Source of the DNA: an uncultured Candidatus Entotheonella sp.
GTDB lineage: Bacteria > Tectomicrobia > Entotheonellia > Entotheonellales > Entotheonellaceae
Assembly (NCBI GenBank): GCA_965217185.1
Contig: OZ244252.1
Coordinates: 736,001-800,000 of the forward strand
DNA: 64,000 nucleotides
Direction: 5' to 3'
The notes beneath the pieces are model-generated. The model saw nothing but the letters and a program-made list of their open reading frames with translations. It did not search any database and was not told where the DNA came from. Numbering within the stretch: the first letter of the stretch is position 1; every line of letters starts with the position of its first letter. The position numbers were made by a program, and so were the translations under genes. Positions 51,870 to 61,242 of the stretch are shown here, in pieces.

Positions 51870-53420
51870 ATGAAGTACGATCACATTGTGTTAGGAGCGG
51901 GATCAGCCGGCGCCATCGTTGCAACGCGCCTCAGTGAGGACCCCCAGCGGTCGGTTTTGCTGCTCGAAGCTGGGCCCGATTATCCCGACTTTGAACGCTT
52001 GCCGGATGAGGTCAAGTTTGGCTTCGCTACCGCCACAGACATCATGGTAAGCGATCACAACTGGCAGTTTGTTGGCAAGGCGACGGACATGTCAGAGGAG
52101 ATGTTGGTGCCGCGGGGTAAAGTTACGGGTGGTTCGAGCGCGATCAACGGCCAGGTTTTTCTCCGTGGCGTTCCTGAGGATTACGACACCTGGGCTGCCA
52201 TGGGCAATGACCTGTGGCGTTTTCAGAACCTGTTGCAGTATTTCCGTACCATCGAGACTGACATGGATTTCGGCGGGGATGACTTCCATGGCTCTGATGG
52301 ACCGATCATGGCGCGGCGCTTTCAGCCGGACGAGTGGCTGACAGACCAGAGAGCATTCTACAATGCGTGCAGAGCCTCAGGATTCCCGGACAGTCCGGAC
52401 CACAACGATCCCGATGCCACCGGCGTCGGCCCGGTGCCTTGCAACAACCCCAATGGGATTCGTTGGAGCACCGCCCTAGGCTACCTCAATATGGGCCGAC
52501 ATCGGTTGAATCTGACCATCAGGCCCAATTGCACGGTGCACCGCATCATCTTTGATGGCAAGAAGGCCGTTGCGGTGGAAGTGGAGAGTGGCGGACAGAC
52601 GTTTGTCGTCGAGGGAGAAGAAATTATTCTCAGTTCCGGTGCCATCGGATCACCTCATATCCTGTTGCTGTCCGGGGTAGGTCCAGCAGACCAATTGCGC
52701 GACTTGGGTATCCCAATAGTGCAACCTCTGCCTGGCGTCGGCCAGAATTTACGCGATCACCCCATCATCTACGTCACCTGGCGTACCAAGGCGTCGCACC
52801 CCCTGGATGGATTTGCCCCCAGAATCCAGATGGCGCTGCGGTGGACGGCGGAAGGCTCCGACCTGCGCAACGACCTGATGATCTTTATGCAGTCATTTGC
52901 CACCCAGCGGGTCAACCGCGGCGGCGGGCGTATGCTGCCCTTGGGTATTCGGATGCTGGGTGTCCTCGACTTGGCCATGAGTTCGGGAGAATTGCGCCTC
53001 CAATCCGCCGATCCCAGCGTTCAGCCATCCTTGGACTACCGCTATCTCGAGGACGAGTTCGACCGGCGACGCATGCGCGAAATGGTTCGGCGAGCGGCGA
53101 AGCTCGCCGAGCACGAGGCGTTTCAGGACATCATTGCCGAACGTATCGAGCCCACGGATGCTGAGCTCGCGACTGACGAGACCCTGGATGCCTATCTGCT
53201 GCGGGAGGTCACCACAGGTCAGCACATCTCCGGGACCTGTAAGATGGGGCCGGCGTCAGACCCCATGGCCGTGGTGGATCAATATGGCAAGGTGCACGGG
53301 CTCGAAAACCTCAGAGTCGTTGACGCCTCCATCATGCCCGACTGTATCCGGGCCAACACCAATGTGACCACCATGATGATCGGAGAGCGTATAGCCGACT
53401 TCATTCGTCAAGAGCCATAA
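51870..53420 (+). CDS. GMC-family oxidoreductase (choline dehydrogenase/MftG-like)
   Basis: RBS GGAGGA, then [59 protein letters not shown]. Confidence 0.9.
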   Translation: MKYDHIVLGAGSAGAIVATRLSEDPQRSVLLLEAGPDYPDFERLPDEVKFGFATATDIMVSDHNWQFVGKATDMSEEMLVPRGKVTGGSSAINGQVFLRGVPEDYDTWAAMGNDLWRFQNLLQYFRTIETDMDFGGDDFHGSDGPIMARRFQPDEWLTDQRAFYNACRASGFPDSPDHNDPDATGVGPVPCNNPNGIRWSTALGYLNMGRHRLNLTIRPNCTVHRIIFDGKKAVAVEVESGGQTFVVEGEEIILSSGAIGSPHILLLSGVGPADQLRDLGIPIVQPLPGVGQNLRDHPIIYVTWRTKASHPLDGFAPRIQMALRWTAEGSDLRNDLMIFMQSFATQRVNRGGGRMLPLGIRMLGVLDLAMSSGELRLQSADPSVQPSLDYRYLEDEFDRRRMREMVRRAAKLAEHEAFQDIIAERIEPTDAELATDETLDAYLLREVTTGQHISGTCKMGPASDPMAVVDQYGKVHGLENLRVVDASIMPDCIRANTNVTTMMIGERIADFIRQEP

Positions 53421-53598
53421 AAAGCGCCAGACCCATAGGCCCATTGCCTGCCGTTGATTGTCCGTTTCAAGATGGTTTTCGGGTTCTGGCCGTTACGCTG
53501 ATGCGGTCCTGACGAATAGCTTAGGGTAGGGTAGGGTAGGTAGCGGAGGAAGCGGTTTGATCCTCCTGACCATTTCTTTGAGCGTGGAGGCATCTCTT

Positions 53599-54447
53599 AT
53601 GGCCGAGTATGTTCATCCAGAAGTGTTGGTGAGTACCGAATGGGTTGCCGAGCACCGCAATGACCCATCCGTGCGCATTGTCGAGTCCGATGAGGACATC
53701 CTGCTGTATGAAACCGGGCACATCCCGGGCGCCGTGAAGGTGGACTGGCAAAACGAGCTGCAGGATCAGGTGGTGCGCGACTACGTCAATCAGCAAGCGT
53801 TCGGGAACCTCATCGGCAGCAAGGGCATTTCCAACAACCACACGGTGGTGTTCTACGGCGACAAGAACAACTGGTGGGCCTGCTACGCGCTGTGGGTTTT
53901 CAAAATGTACGGCCACGCCGATTGCCGGGTGATGAACGGCGGGCGGCAGAAATGGATCGACGAAGGCCGCGAGCTAAGCACCGAACGGCCAACCTACGCT
54001 GCCGAGACGTACACGGCATCCGCCCCGAACCTCGGCATCCGCGCCTTCCGCGACGAGGTGACGGAGCACATGAAGGCGGACAAGGATCTGATCGACGTCC
54101 GCTCACCGGCCGAGTACAGCGGCGAGCTCACCCACATGGCAGATTATCCGCAGGAAGGCGCGCTGCGCGGCGGGCATATCCCCGGCGCCGCGAATATCCC
54201 GTGGGGGCAGGCCGTGGCCGCCGATGGCACCTTCAAGCCCGCCGATGAGCTCAAAGCCCTGTATGAGGGCCGGGCCGGCCTCAAACCGGATAGCGACGTA
54301 ATCGCCTACTGCCGAATCGGCGAGCGTTCAAGCCACACGTGGTTTGTTCTCACCTACCTGCTGGGCTACGAGAGCGTCCGCAACTACGATGGCTCGTGGA
54401 CGGAATGGGGCAACTTGGTAGGCGTCCCGATTGACAAGGACGTCTGA
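53599..54447 (+). CDS. Tandem-domain rhodanese/thiosulfate sulfurtransferase (SseA-like)
   Basis: GHIPGA twice, active-site [17 protein letters not shown]. Confidence 0.93.
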   Translation: MAEYVHPEVLVSTEWVAEHRNDPSVRIVESDEDILLYETGHIPGAVKVDWQNELQDQVVRDYVNQQAFGNLIGSKGISNNHTVVFYGDKNNWWACYALWVFKMYGHADCRVMNGGRQKWIDEGRELSTERPTYAAETYTASAPNLGIRAFRDEVTEHMKADKDLIDVRSPAEYSGELTHMADYPQEGALRGGHIPGAANIPWGQAVAADGTFKPADELKALYEGRAGLKPDSDVIAYCRIGERSSHTWFVLTYLLGYESVRNYDGSWTEWGNLVGVPIDKDV

Positions 54448-54465
54448 AGAGCGGCAGGATCCTGG

Positions 54466-54499
54466 CGGCGGGGTGGCTTCACGGCGACCCCGCCGTTTT
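54466..54499 (+). terminator. Intrinsic terminator after the sulfurtransferase gene
   Basis: CGGCGGGGT/ACCCCGCCG stem followed by TTTT. Confidence 0.65.
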
Positions 54500-54571
54500 A
54501 TATCTTCGTTCACCCCTGGCGCCTACAGCGTCGGGCCTGATACCGCAAGGGGCAGGCGAAGGAACGCAGAT

Positions 54572-54595
54572 AAAGCCGCCTCCGCGCGGCTTTTT
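54572..54595. terminator. Second, possibly bidirectional terminator
   Basis: AAAGCCGC-CTCCGC-GCGGCTTTTT. Confidence 0.65.
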
Positions 54596-54662
54596 GTTGG
54601 ACGTTTTGCGATTCCCCAGGCAAAACGCCTGGAGGCGCTATGTGATTTGACGTATGTCAACC

Positions 54663-55157
54663 TCAGTCGAAGCGTGCGTCGTTGAGTTGCCAGTAGATGT
54701 TGGTTCCTTGCAACCTGTCATTCAATTCCGCGCAATCGAAGGGCAGTTGTCCATTTTCGTCGCGCACCTTCGGGTCAGCGCCCGCAGCCAACAGCGCTTC
54801 AACCACGGCTGGGTTGCTCTCCCTCGCCGCCATATGAAGCGGGGTCTGGCCGTTACTGGTGCGCGCCTTCGGGTCAGCGCCTGCAGCCAACAGCGCTCCG
54901 ATCACACCAGCGTACTTGCTTTTGCGTGCGGACACATGAAGCGGGGCCGTGCCATCATCCGAGGCACGCGCGTTCGGATCAGCACCCGCAGCCAACAGCA
55001 CGTTGACCGTAGTAGGTTCCTCGCTATTCCATAACACCCAATGAAGCGGGGTCCAGCCTTCGTTGTCGCGCGCGTTCGGGTCAGCGCCCGCTGCCAGACG
55101 AGCGGACACGTCTTCGGGCGTTGCTGATCGAAAATCAAGCGTATTCCACGCCGGCAT
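54663..55157 (-). CDS. Ankyrin-repeat protein
   Basis: Repeats such as TPLH...LLAAGADPNAR and TPLHMAA...ALLAAGADPK. RBS GAGGAGG before ATG 55157. Confidence 0.9.
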   Translation of the reverse strand: MPAWNTLDFRSATPEDVSARLAAGADPNARDNEGWTPLHWVLWNSEEPTTVNVLLAAGADPNARASDDGTAPLHVSARKSKYAGVIGALLAAGADPKARTSNGQTPLHMAARESNPAVVEALLAAGADPKVRDENGQLPFDCAELNDRLQGTNIYWQLNDARFD

Positions 55158-55557
55158 ACAGTCCTCCTCTGTGTCGGGGCAACTTCGGATAAGGCCAAGA
55201 AGATACTGAACTTGCACGATTTCGCGCCGGAGGTCTACGACGCGCCCTACCAACGAGCGGAACCGCACGCTTACTCGGCGTTTTCGGGGACAATACCGGT
55301 TTTTCTTCAAGGCGCGTAATGCGGCCCTCAAAGACGCGCAGCACCTGCTGCATGGCATCGTGTTGATGTTGGTTTTCAGCCTGCATGGTGTCGAAACGTC
55401 GGTTCATGTCCGCCTGCAAGACATCAATACATTCGTTCAGGTCGTCGATACGCTCGTTCATGGTGTCCAGCCGTCCGTTCGCCTGATTGAACATGGTCAC
55501 CATGGCGACGAACAACCCAACCAGCAGCACGTTGTTACTGGTTGCCTTCCAGTCCAT
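55135..55557 (-). CDS. Small membrane-anchored coiled-coil protein (C-terminus possibly frameshifted)
   Basis: RBS AAGGAGG, N-terminal TM segment (VLLVGLFVAMVTMF), heptad-like RLDTMNERIDDLNECIDVLQADMNRRFD. Confidence 0.6.
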   Translation of the reverse strand: MDWKATSNNVLLVGLFVAMVTMFNQANGRLDTMNERIDDLNECIDVLQADMNRRFDTMQAENQHQHDAMQQVLRVFEGRITRLEEKPVLSPKTPSKRAVPLVGRARRRPPARNRASSVSSWPYPKLPRHRGGLYAGVEYA

Positions 55558-55639
55558 AATGCCCTCCTTTTCCGTCCTGCCCGAAGCCGTGCGGCGATTC
55601 CAACGCTTCCAGGTCACCGAAATCTACCAGCATTTGGCT

Positions 55640-56419
55640 TCAGCACCCCTCTGCAGCCGCCCAGTCGAGAAAAGGGCGAAGCCAAGCCAGCCCCGCTGTC
55701 GTGTCAGCCCGCGGCCGGTATTCACAACCGACCCAACCGGCGTATCCCAGGTCGTCGATCAGATCGAACAGATACGGGTAGTTGATCTCACCGACGTCGG
55801 GTTCGTGACGGCCGGGATGGCCGGCGATCTGGAAATGGTCGATCACCTCAAGGTGGGTTTTGATGGTCTCGGACAGGTTGCCCGTCATGATCTGGCAGTG
55901 GTAGAGATCGAGTTGCAGGAAAAGGTTGTCGTGGCCCACTTGGTCCATGATGCGGCGCGCCTGCGCTGCGGTGTGCAAAAAATAGCCGGGCATGCCGGTG
56001 GTGTTGATCGGCTCGATCAGCAGGTGAACACCGTGGGGTTGCAGGGTTTCCGCCGCCCATCTCAGGTTTCGCACGTAAACGGCCTCGCAATCCGCGCGGT
56101 CCATCTCCGCGGGCGGCGCCCCGGCCATGGCATGCAGGCGCGGGCAGTCCAACGCGCGGGCGTATGTCAAGGCGCGTTCAAGACCGGCGGCGAAGGCTTC
56201 CTCCTGCCCGGGGATGGCCGCCATGCCGTCCGGCGGGAGGTTGCAAAGGACCTGTTGGACGCCGTTGCGCGGTAACAACGACGCTAGATTATCCGGCGGC
56301 ACCTCATAGGGAAAAGGGCACTCGATGCCGCGAAAGCCGGCCTCGGCAGCGGCGGCGTAACGGTCCACGAACGGAACCTCGTTGAACATGAAACCGATGT
56401 TGGCCGAAAAACGTGGCAT
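55640..56419 (-). CDS. hyi: Hydroxypyruvate isomerase / 2-oxo-tetronate isomerase family
   Basis: MPRFSANIGFMF, IEPIN, DLYHCQ, PGRHEP, GEINY, GCEYRP. Confidence 0.85.
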   Translation of the reverse strand: MPRFSANIGFMFNEVPFVDRYAAAAEAGFRGIECPFPYEVPPDNLASLLPRNGVQQVLCNLPPDGMAAIPGQEEAFAAGLERALTYARALDCPRLHAMAGAPPAEMDRADCEAVYVRNLRWAAETLQPHGVHLLIEPINTTGMPGYFLHTAAQARRIMDQVGHDNLFLQLDLYHCQIMTGNLSETIKTHLEVIDHFQIAGHPGRHEPDVGEINYPYLFDLIDDLGYAGWVGCEYRPRADTTAGLAWLRPFLDWAAAEGC

Positions 56420-56444
56420 CCCTGTGGTCTCCCTGTTTGCGCCA

Positions 56445-57326
56445 TCAATTCGGGCGGCGGTGGTTTTGGATGTAGCGATACATCCCGGCGATGTTCATCG
56501 GGAACCAGTTGAGGCGCGGGTTGTCCGATTGATACCCGAACCACTTTTCGTATTTGGGCAGCCGAATCGTCTCCTGCATCTCTTCCAACGACATGCCCGC
56601 CCTGGCGTGTTTCAACACCTCCCGATACAGGTCCCGCATATACTCCCGAAACTGCCTCACGTGGTCCTTGGTTCCCACCCGGCCGTGCCCCGGCACCAGA
56701 ATGTCGAAGTCGAGGCGTTCGACGCGTTCCAGGGAGTCGATCCATTCCTCGATGTAGGCGTCGTGGAAGTCGCGGTACGCCACCGCCTGAACTGGGATGA
56801 AGTCGACGGCAAAGAGGACGCGCTCCTTCGGGAACCGCATGACGATGGAGTTGTCCGAGTGGTTGCGGCCCACGTGGGAAAGTTCCACCGTCGTGCCGCC
56901 CAATTCGATGCTCATGCGGTCGGTAAAGGTGAGGTGCGGGGTAGCCGTGCGGCGCTGCTCGCCCACGATCTTGGCTTTGGCGTGTTCATGCGCCACCACG
57001 GTGGCCGTGTCGGCGAACACCTCGCCGCCGGAGATGTGATCGGGATGCTCGTGGCTGTAGATGAGGTACTTGACGGGCTGGTTGAAGCGCTCTTGCAAAG
57101 CTGTCTTCAACCACTCGGCTGCTTCGGCATTGATGGGGTCGGTGGCGATAATCCCCTCGGGGGTCACCGCGAAGACCGAATAGTGGGCGTTATTGCGGAA
57201 GCGGTACACTTCACCGGCAATCCGTTCGATGTCGCGTTCCGCATCCTGTGCCAGGGTCCAAACGGCGCCAGAGGCCAGAAGCAGAGTGGCCAGAAGGCCG
57301 GTCAGCGTCAATCGGGTCGTTTTCAT
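56445..57326 (-). CDS. Secreted MBL-fold metallo-hydrolase
   Basis: Signal peptide, SHEHPDH, NHS, FAVD, PGHG. Confidence 0.85.
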   Translation of the reverse strand: MKTTRLTLTGLLATLLLASGAVWTLAQDAERDIERIAGEVYRFRNNAHYSVFAVTPEGIIATDPINAEAAEWLKTALQERFNQPVKYLIYSHEHPDHISGGEVFADTATVVAHEHAKAKIVGEQRRTATPHLTFTDRMSIELGGTTVELSHVGRNHSDNSIVMRFPKERVLFAVDFIPVQAVAYRDFHDAYIEEWIDSLERVERLDFDILVPGHGRVGTKDHVRQFREYMRDLYREVLKHARAGMSLEEMQETIRLPKYEKWFGYQSDNPRLNWFPMNIAGMYRYIQNHRRPN

Positions 57327-57344
57327 GCGGCGAACTCCTTCACC

Positions 57345-58208
57345 TTAGTTCATGGCTTCACGAAACTGTCGTATGGCAGCGATATGGGCGTCCGGGGTGG
57401 ATAAACCGGCTCGCATGGTGTTCACGGAGAGGTGGGTTGCACCCAAGCCGCGCCAGGTTTCGGCCAGTCCGGTCCAGGCGTCCGGGCCGCTTTCCGCGAG
57501 GCTGATACGCCCTTCGATGCCGATGCCCGACGGGTCGCGCCCGGCGGCGCGGGCATAATCGTGCATGCGTTCGATGGTCGCGCGTCCGGCGTCGTCCGGC
57601 GCAAATTGCGGGAACCAGCCGTCCGCCAACCGTCCGACTCGCTCGACGACGGCTTCGACGCGCCCGCCCAGCCACAGGGGAATGGGTCGCTGCACGGGCA
57701 GGGGATTGATGCCAGCGTGCGTGATGTTGTGCCAGCGGCCGTGGAAGTCGACGGCCTCCTGCGTCCACAGTGCCCGCAGCACTGCGATTTGTTCCTCACT
57801 GCGCTTGCCGCGGTCGTGAAAATTCTCGTTCAGAGCCTCGTATTCCACGGCGTTCCAGCCGATGCCTACGCCCAGGCGCAACCGCCCATCGCTGAGCACG
57901 TCCACGGCCGCCGCCTGTTTGGCCACCAGCGCCGTCTGCCGCTGCCCCAGAATGATGACCGCCGTTACCAACTCCAACTTCTGGGTTACGGCGGCGAGAT
58001 AGCCGTAAAGCACGAAGGGCTCGTGAAACATGTCGCCCTGCGTGTAGGGGCCTTCCCAATTCTTGTAATACGTGGGGTCGGCGCCCAGGACATGGTCAAA
58101 GACGATCACGTGGGCGTAGCCCAATTCCTCAGCGGCCTGGGCGAAATCGCGCACGCCTTTCGGGTCGGCGCCGATCTCGGTCTGCGGAAAAATGACACCG
58201 AGCTGCAT
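57345..58208 (-). CDS. LLM-class (probable F420-dependent) oxidoreductase
   Basis: MQLGVIFPQTEIG, FDHVLG, RQTALVAKQAA, GRLRLGVGIGWN. RBS AGGAGGAG. Confidence 0.88.
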   Translation of the reverse strand: MQLGVIFPQTEIGADPKGVRDFAQAAEELGYAHVIVFDHVLGADPTYYKNWEGPYTQGDMFHEPFVLYGYLAAVTQKLELVTAVIILGQRQTALVAKQAAAVDVLSDGRLRLGVGIGWNAVEYEALNENFHDRGKRSEEQIAVLRALWTQEAVDFHGRWHNITHAGINPLPVQRPIPLWLGGRVEAVVERVGRLADGWFPQFAPDDAGRATIERMHDYARAAGRDPSGIGIEGRISLAESGPDAWTGLAETWRGLGATHLSVNTMRAGLSTPDAHIAAIRQFREAMN

Positions 58209-58332
58209 CGCTCTCCTCCTGATAACGGGTTGCCAAATGATGGCGGAAGTGGGGAATGGTTGGCGACGCCATTCTGCCACAATGGACCTGATGGTGCTAC
58301 ACGGCTGCGCCTGCCACAGTGCACCGCGGCGG

Positions 58333-58362
58333 TTGACAACCCCTCCGGTGCGCAACTAAAAT
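58333..58362 (+). promoter_or_regulatory. sigma70 promoter of cysS
   Basis: TTGACA, 18-nt spacer, TAAAAT. Confidence 0.6.
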
Positions 58363-58428
58363 CGCCCAATTGTCGAAGACACCCCCTGCTTGTTTCGATT
58401 CCTCCTCTGCAGAAAGCTAAGCCAGCAC

Positions 58429-59820
58429 ATGTTGTGGTTTTACAATACCCTGACGCGGGAAAAAGACGCCTTTCGGCCGCTCCAACCGGGGAAAGTCAGG
58501 ATGTACACCTGCGGGCCCACGGTGTACAACAGCCCTCACATCGGCAACTATCGCGCTTACGTATTTGAGGACCTCCTGCGCAGGTATCTCAAGTACCGCG
58601 GCTATGACGTCAACCAGGTGATGAATCTGACCGACGTTGATGACAAGACGATCCGCGATTCGCGCCGTGCCGAGATGACCCTGCGGGATTTCACGGCCGT
58701 CCATAAAACGGCCTTTTTTCAGGACCTGCAAACATTAAATATCGAGTCCGCCGAGGTCTATCCCGCCGCCACGGACCACATCCCCGACATGGTCGCCATG
58801 ATTCAGCAGCTCCAAAGTCGTGGCTACACGTATGACGTGGAGGGCTCCATTTATTTCCGTCTCGACCGCTTCCCAAGCTACGGCAAGCTCGCCCACCTCG
58901 ACGCCGAAACTCTGCAAAATGGCGCCAGCGGCAGGGTGGACCGCGATGAATATGCCAAGGACGACGTGCGCGACTTCGCCCTGTGGAAAGCCTGGACCCC
59001 CGAAGACGGTGATGTTTTCTGGGAGACCGAATTGGGCAAGGGACGGCCCGGCTGGCACATCGAGTGCTCGGCCATGTCGATGAAATACCTTGGCACCCAC
59101 TTCGATATTCACACCGGCGGCGAGGACAACATTTTTCCCCACCACGAAAACGAGATCGCCCAGTCCGAGGCCGCCACCGGCGAAACTTTTGTGAATTACT
59201 GGCTGCACTGCCGGCATCTGCTGGTCGACAACATGAAGATGTCCAAGTCTCTGGGCAATTTTTTCACCCTGCGCGACCTCCTCGACCAGGGTTTCAAGCC
59301 CAAGGGCATTCGCTACGCCTTGCTGGCCACGCACTATCGGCAGCCAATGAATTTTACGCTGGACAACCTGCGCGGTGCCGAAACCGGGGTGCAACGGCTG
59401 CTCGACTTCATGGACAACTTGCAGGCGGCCAACGGCAGTGGGTCCGACGTGCAGCCCTTGCTGCAGCAGACGCGAGAGGGCTTTGAAAAGTCCCTCGACG
59501 ACGACCTCAACATCTCGGGCGCCCTCGGCGCCATTTTCCAGATGGTGCGTGACGTCAATCGCATGCGGGCCGACGGTCAGCTCAGTTCGCCCGATGCCCG
59601 ACAGGTGCAGGACCTGATGCATCATTTCGACACCGTTCTCGGCGTTCTCGACGTAGACGAAGCCGCGCACGACGCGGATGTAGAAGGGTTGCTGGCGCAG
59701 CGCCAAGAGGCGCGTAAAAACCGCGATTTTGGCCGTGCGGATGCGCTGCGCGACGCCATTCGGGAACGCGGTTACGTCATTGAAGACACCCCTCATGGCC
59801 CTCGACTCAAGCGGATGTGA
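58429..59820 (+). CDS. cysS: Cysteine--tRNA ligase
   Basis: YTCGPTVY, HIGN, DFALWK, GRPGWHIECSAM, FPHHENE, KMSKS. Confidence 0.97.
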   Translation: MLWFYNTLTREKDAFRPLQPGKVRMYTCGPTVYNSPHIGNYRAYVFEDLLRRYLKYRGYDVNQVMNLTDVDDKTIRDSRRAEMTLRDFTAVHKTAFFQDLQTLNIESAEVYPAATDHIPDMVAMIQQLQSRGYTYDVEGSIYFRLDRFPSYGKLAHLDAETLQNGASGRVDRDEYAKDDVRDFALWKAWTPEDGDVFWETELGKGRPGWHIECSAMSMKYLGTHFDIHTGGEDNIFPHHENEIAQSEAATGETFVNYWLHCRHLLVDNMKMSKSLGNFFTLRDLLDQGFKPKGIRYALLATHYRQPMNFTLDNLRGAETGVQRLLDFMDNLQAANGSGSDVQPLLQQTREGFEKSLDDDLNISGALGAIFQMVRDVNRMRADGQLSSPDARQVQDLMHHFDTVLGVLDVDEAAHDADVEGLLAQRQEARKNRDFGRADALRDAIRERGYVIEDTPHGPRLKRM

Positions 59821-60446
59821 GCATGCCCTGTGAGCGTCTCCTGTACGTGATGCGGCACGGGCTTACCGACTGGAACCGATCGAGACGCATTCAGGGCCAT
59901 CTCGATCCGCCCCTCAACGCCACGGGAAGAGCTCAGGCCCGATTGGCTGGCCTACGCTTGGCCCGCATAGGCGCTGCCGCTCTTTACAGCAGCGACTTGC
60001 AACGGGCTTCCGAGACAGCCCGCTTGGTCAGCCGGGCGACCGGTCTGCAGGTCATCCAGAACGTCGGCCTGCGCGAAATCAACTTTGGCGTTTGGCAAGG
60101 TCTGTCGTCGCAGGAGATTCGGCAGCGCCACCCGGACGTGTATGCGGCGCGGCGTGACAATCCTTATGACGTGGCGCCGGCGGGGGCCGAAACGTGGCGG
60201 CAATTCTACGCCCGTGCCGTTCAGACCATGGATGAGATTCTCGTTGCAACGCCAGTGGGTCCGTTGGTGCTGGTGACGCACAGCGGCGTCTGCACGGTGC
60301 TGGGACTGCGGGCTCAGGGGCTTGACTGCACGGGCAGACGCACCTTTGAATCCCACAATTGCGGCATTCACACGATTACCGTCTGCGGCGACCGCTGGCG
60401 TGCGGTGCGGTTCAATGACACGTCCCATCTGGTTTCACCCTCCTGA
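59817..60446 (+). CDS. Histidine phosphatase family protein
   Basis: RHG, YSSDLQRASETA, LREINFGVWQG, VTHSG, NDTSHL. Confidence 0.9.
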   Translation: MSMPCERLLYVMRHGLTDWNRSRRIQGHLDPPLNATGRAQARLAGLRLARIGAAALYSSDLQRASETARLVSRATGLQVIQNVGLREINFGVWQGLSSQEIRQRHPDVYAARRDNPYDVAPAGAETWRQFYARAVQTMDEILVATPVGPLVLVTHSGVCTVLGLRAQGLDCTGRRTFESHNCGIHTITVCGDRWRAVRFNDTSHLVSPS

Positions 60447-60487
60447 TGGACTTCCAATCTGGCAGCGCCGGAAGCGGGTAGGGGAAC

Positions 60488-61111
60488 ATGCTTCGAATCG
60501 CGGTGTTGCTCTCCGGAACAGGTCGCAGTCTGGACAATCTCCAGCAGGAGATCGTCGCGGGTCGCCTGCGCGCCGACATTTCCGTGGTCATCAGCAGCAA
60601 GCCGGAGGCGTATGGTCTGGTACGTACCAGGGCGCACGGCTTGGACGCTGTGGCGGTGTCGCGGCGAGATTATCCCGACCTGGAAGCCTTTAACGCGGCG
60701 ATCAATGCGGTTCTGATGCCGTACGACGTCGGTTTGGTGGTGCTGGCGGGTTTTTTGTCGCTCTACCAGCCGCCGCTGGAACTGGACGGGCGGGTGATGA
60801 ATATCCACCCCGCATTGCTGCCGGCGTTTGGCGGCAAAGGGTTCTACGGCGACCGGGTGCACCAAGCGGTGCTCGATTCGGGCGTGAAGGTGAGCGGCTG
60901 CACGGTCCATTTCGCCGATTCCCGGTACGATCACGGCCCCATTATTTTGCAGACCGCCGTGCCGGTGCTTGATGACGATACGGTGCAGTCCCTGGCTGCG
61001 CGCGTTTTTGCCGCCGAGTGCGAGGCCTATCCGCGGGCCATTCAACTCTTCGCCGACGACCGGTTGCGGCTGGAAGGACGGCGGGTGCGCATCCTGCCTG
61101 ACGGGAACTGA
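60488..61111 (+). CDS. purN: Phosphoribosylglycinamide formyltransferase
   Basis: VLLSGTGRSL, LAGF, NIHPALLPAF, GCTVHF, DHGPII. Confidence 0.95.
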   Translation: MLRIAVLLSGTGRSLDNLQQEIVAGRLRADISVVISSKPEAYGLVRTRAHGLDAVAVSRRDYPDLEAFNAAINAVLMPYDVGLVVLAGFLSLYQPPLELDGRVMNIHPALLPAFGGKGFYGDRVHQAVLDSGVKVSGCTVHFADSRYDHGPIILQTAVPVLDDDTVQSLAARVFAAECEAYPRAIQLFADDRLRLEGRRVRILPDGN

Positions 61112-61242
61112 CCCCAATAATTTTCTTGAAATCCCGATGGTTGAGTGCCACTATGAGGGCTGCAAATGCAAGTTGCAATAAATGAGCTTTGCGGGTTCTG
61201 TGACGGCGCCCGGCAGCCCTCATCCTACACGAGGAAGTTCCT

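Noticed and set aside
51558..53420. 620-aa rhodanese-GMC fusion protein from the ORF track
   Set aside because: The N-terminal part is a decayed duplicate lying behind a nonsense codon, followed by non-homologous filler. The GMC gene has its own RBS and ATG at 51870.
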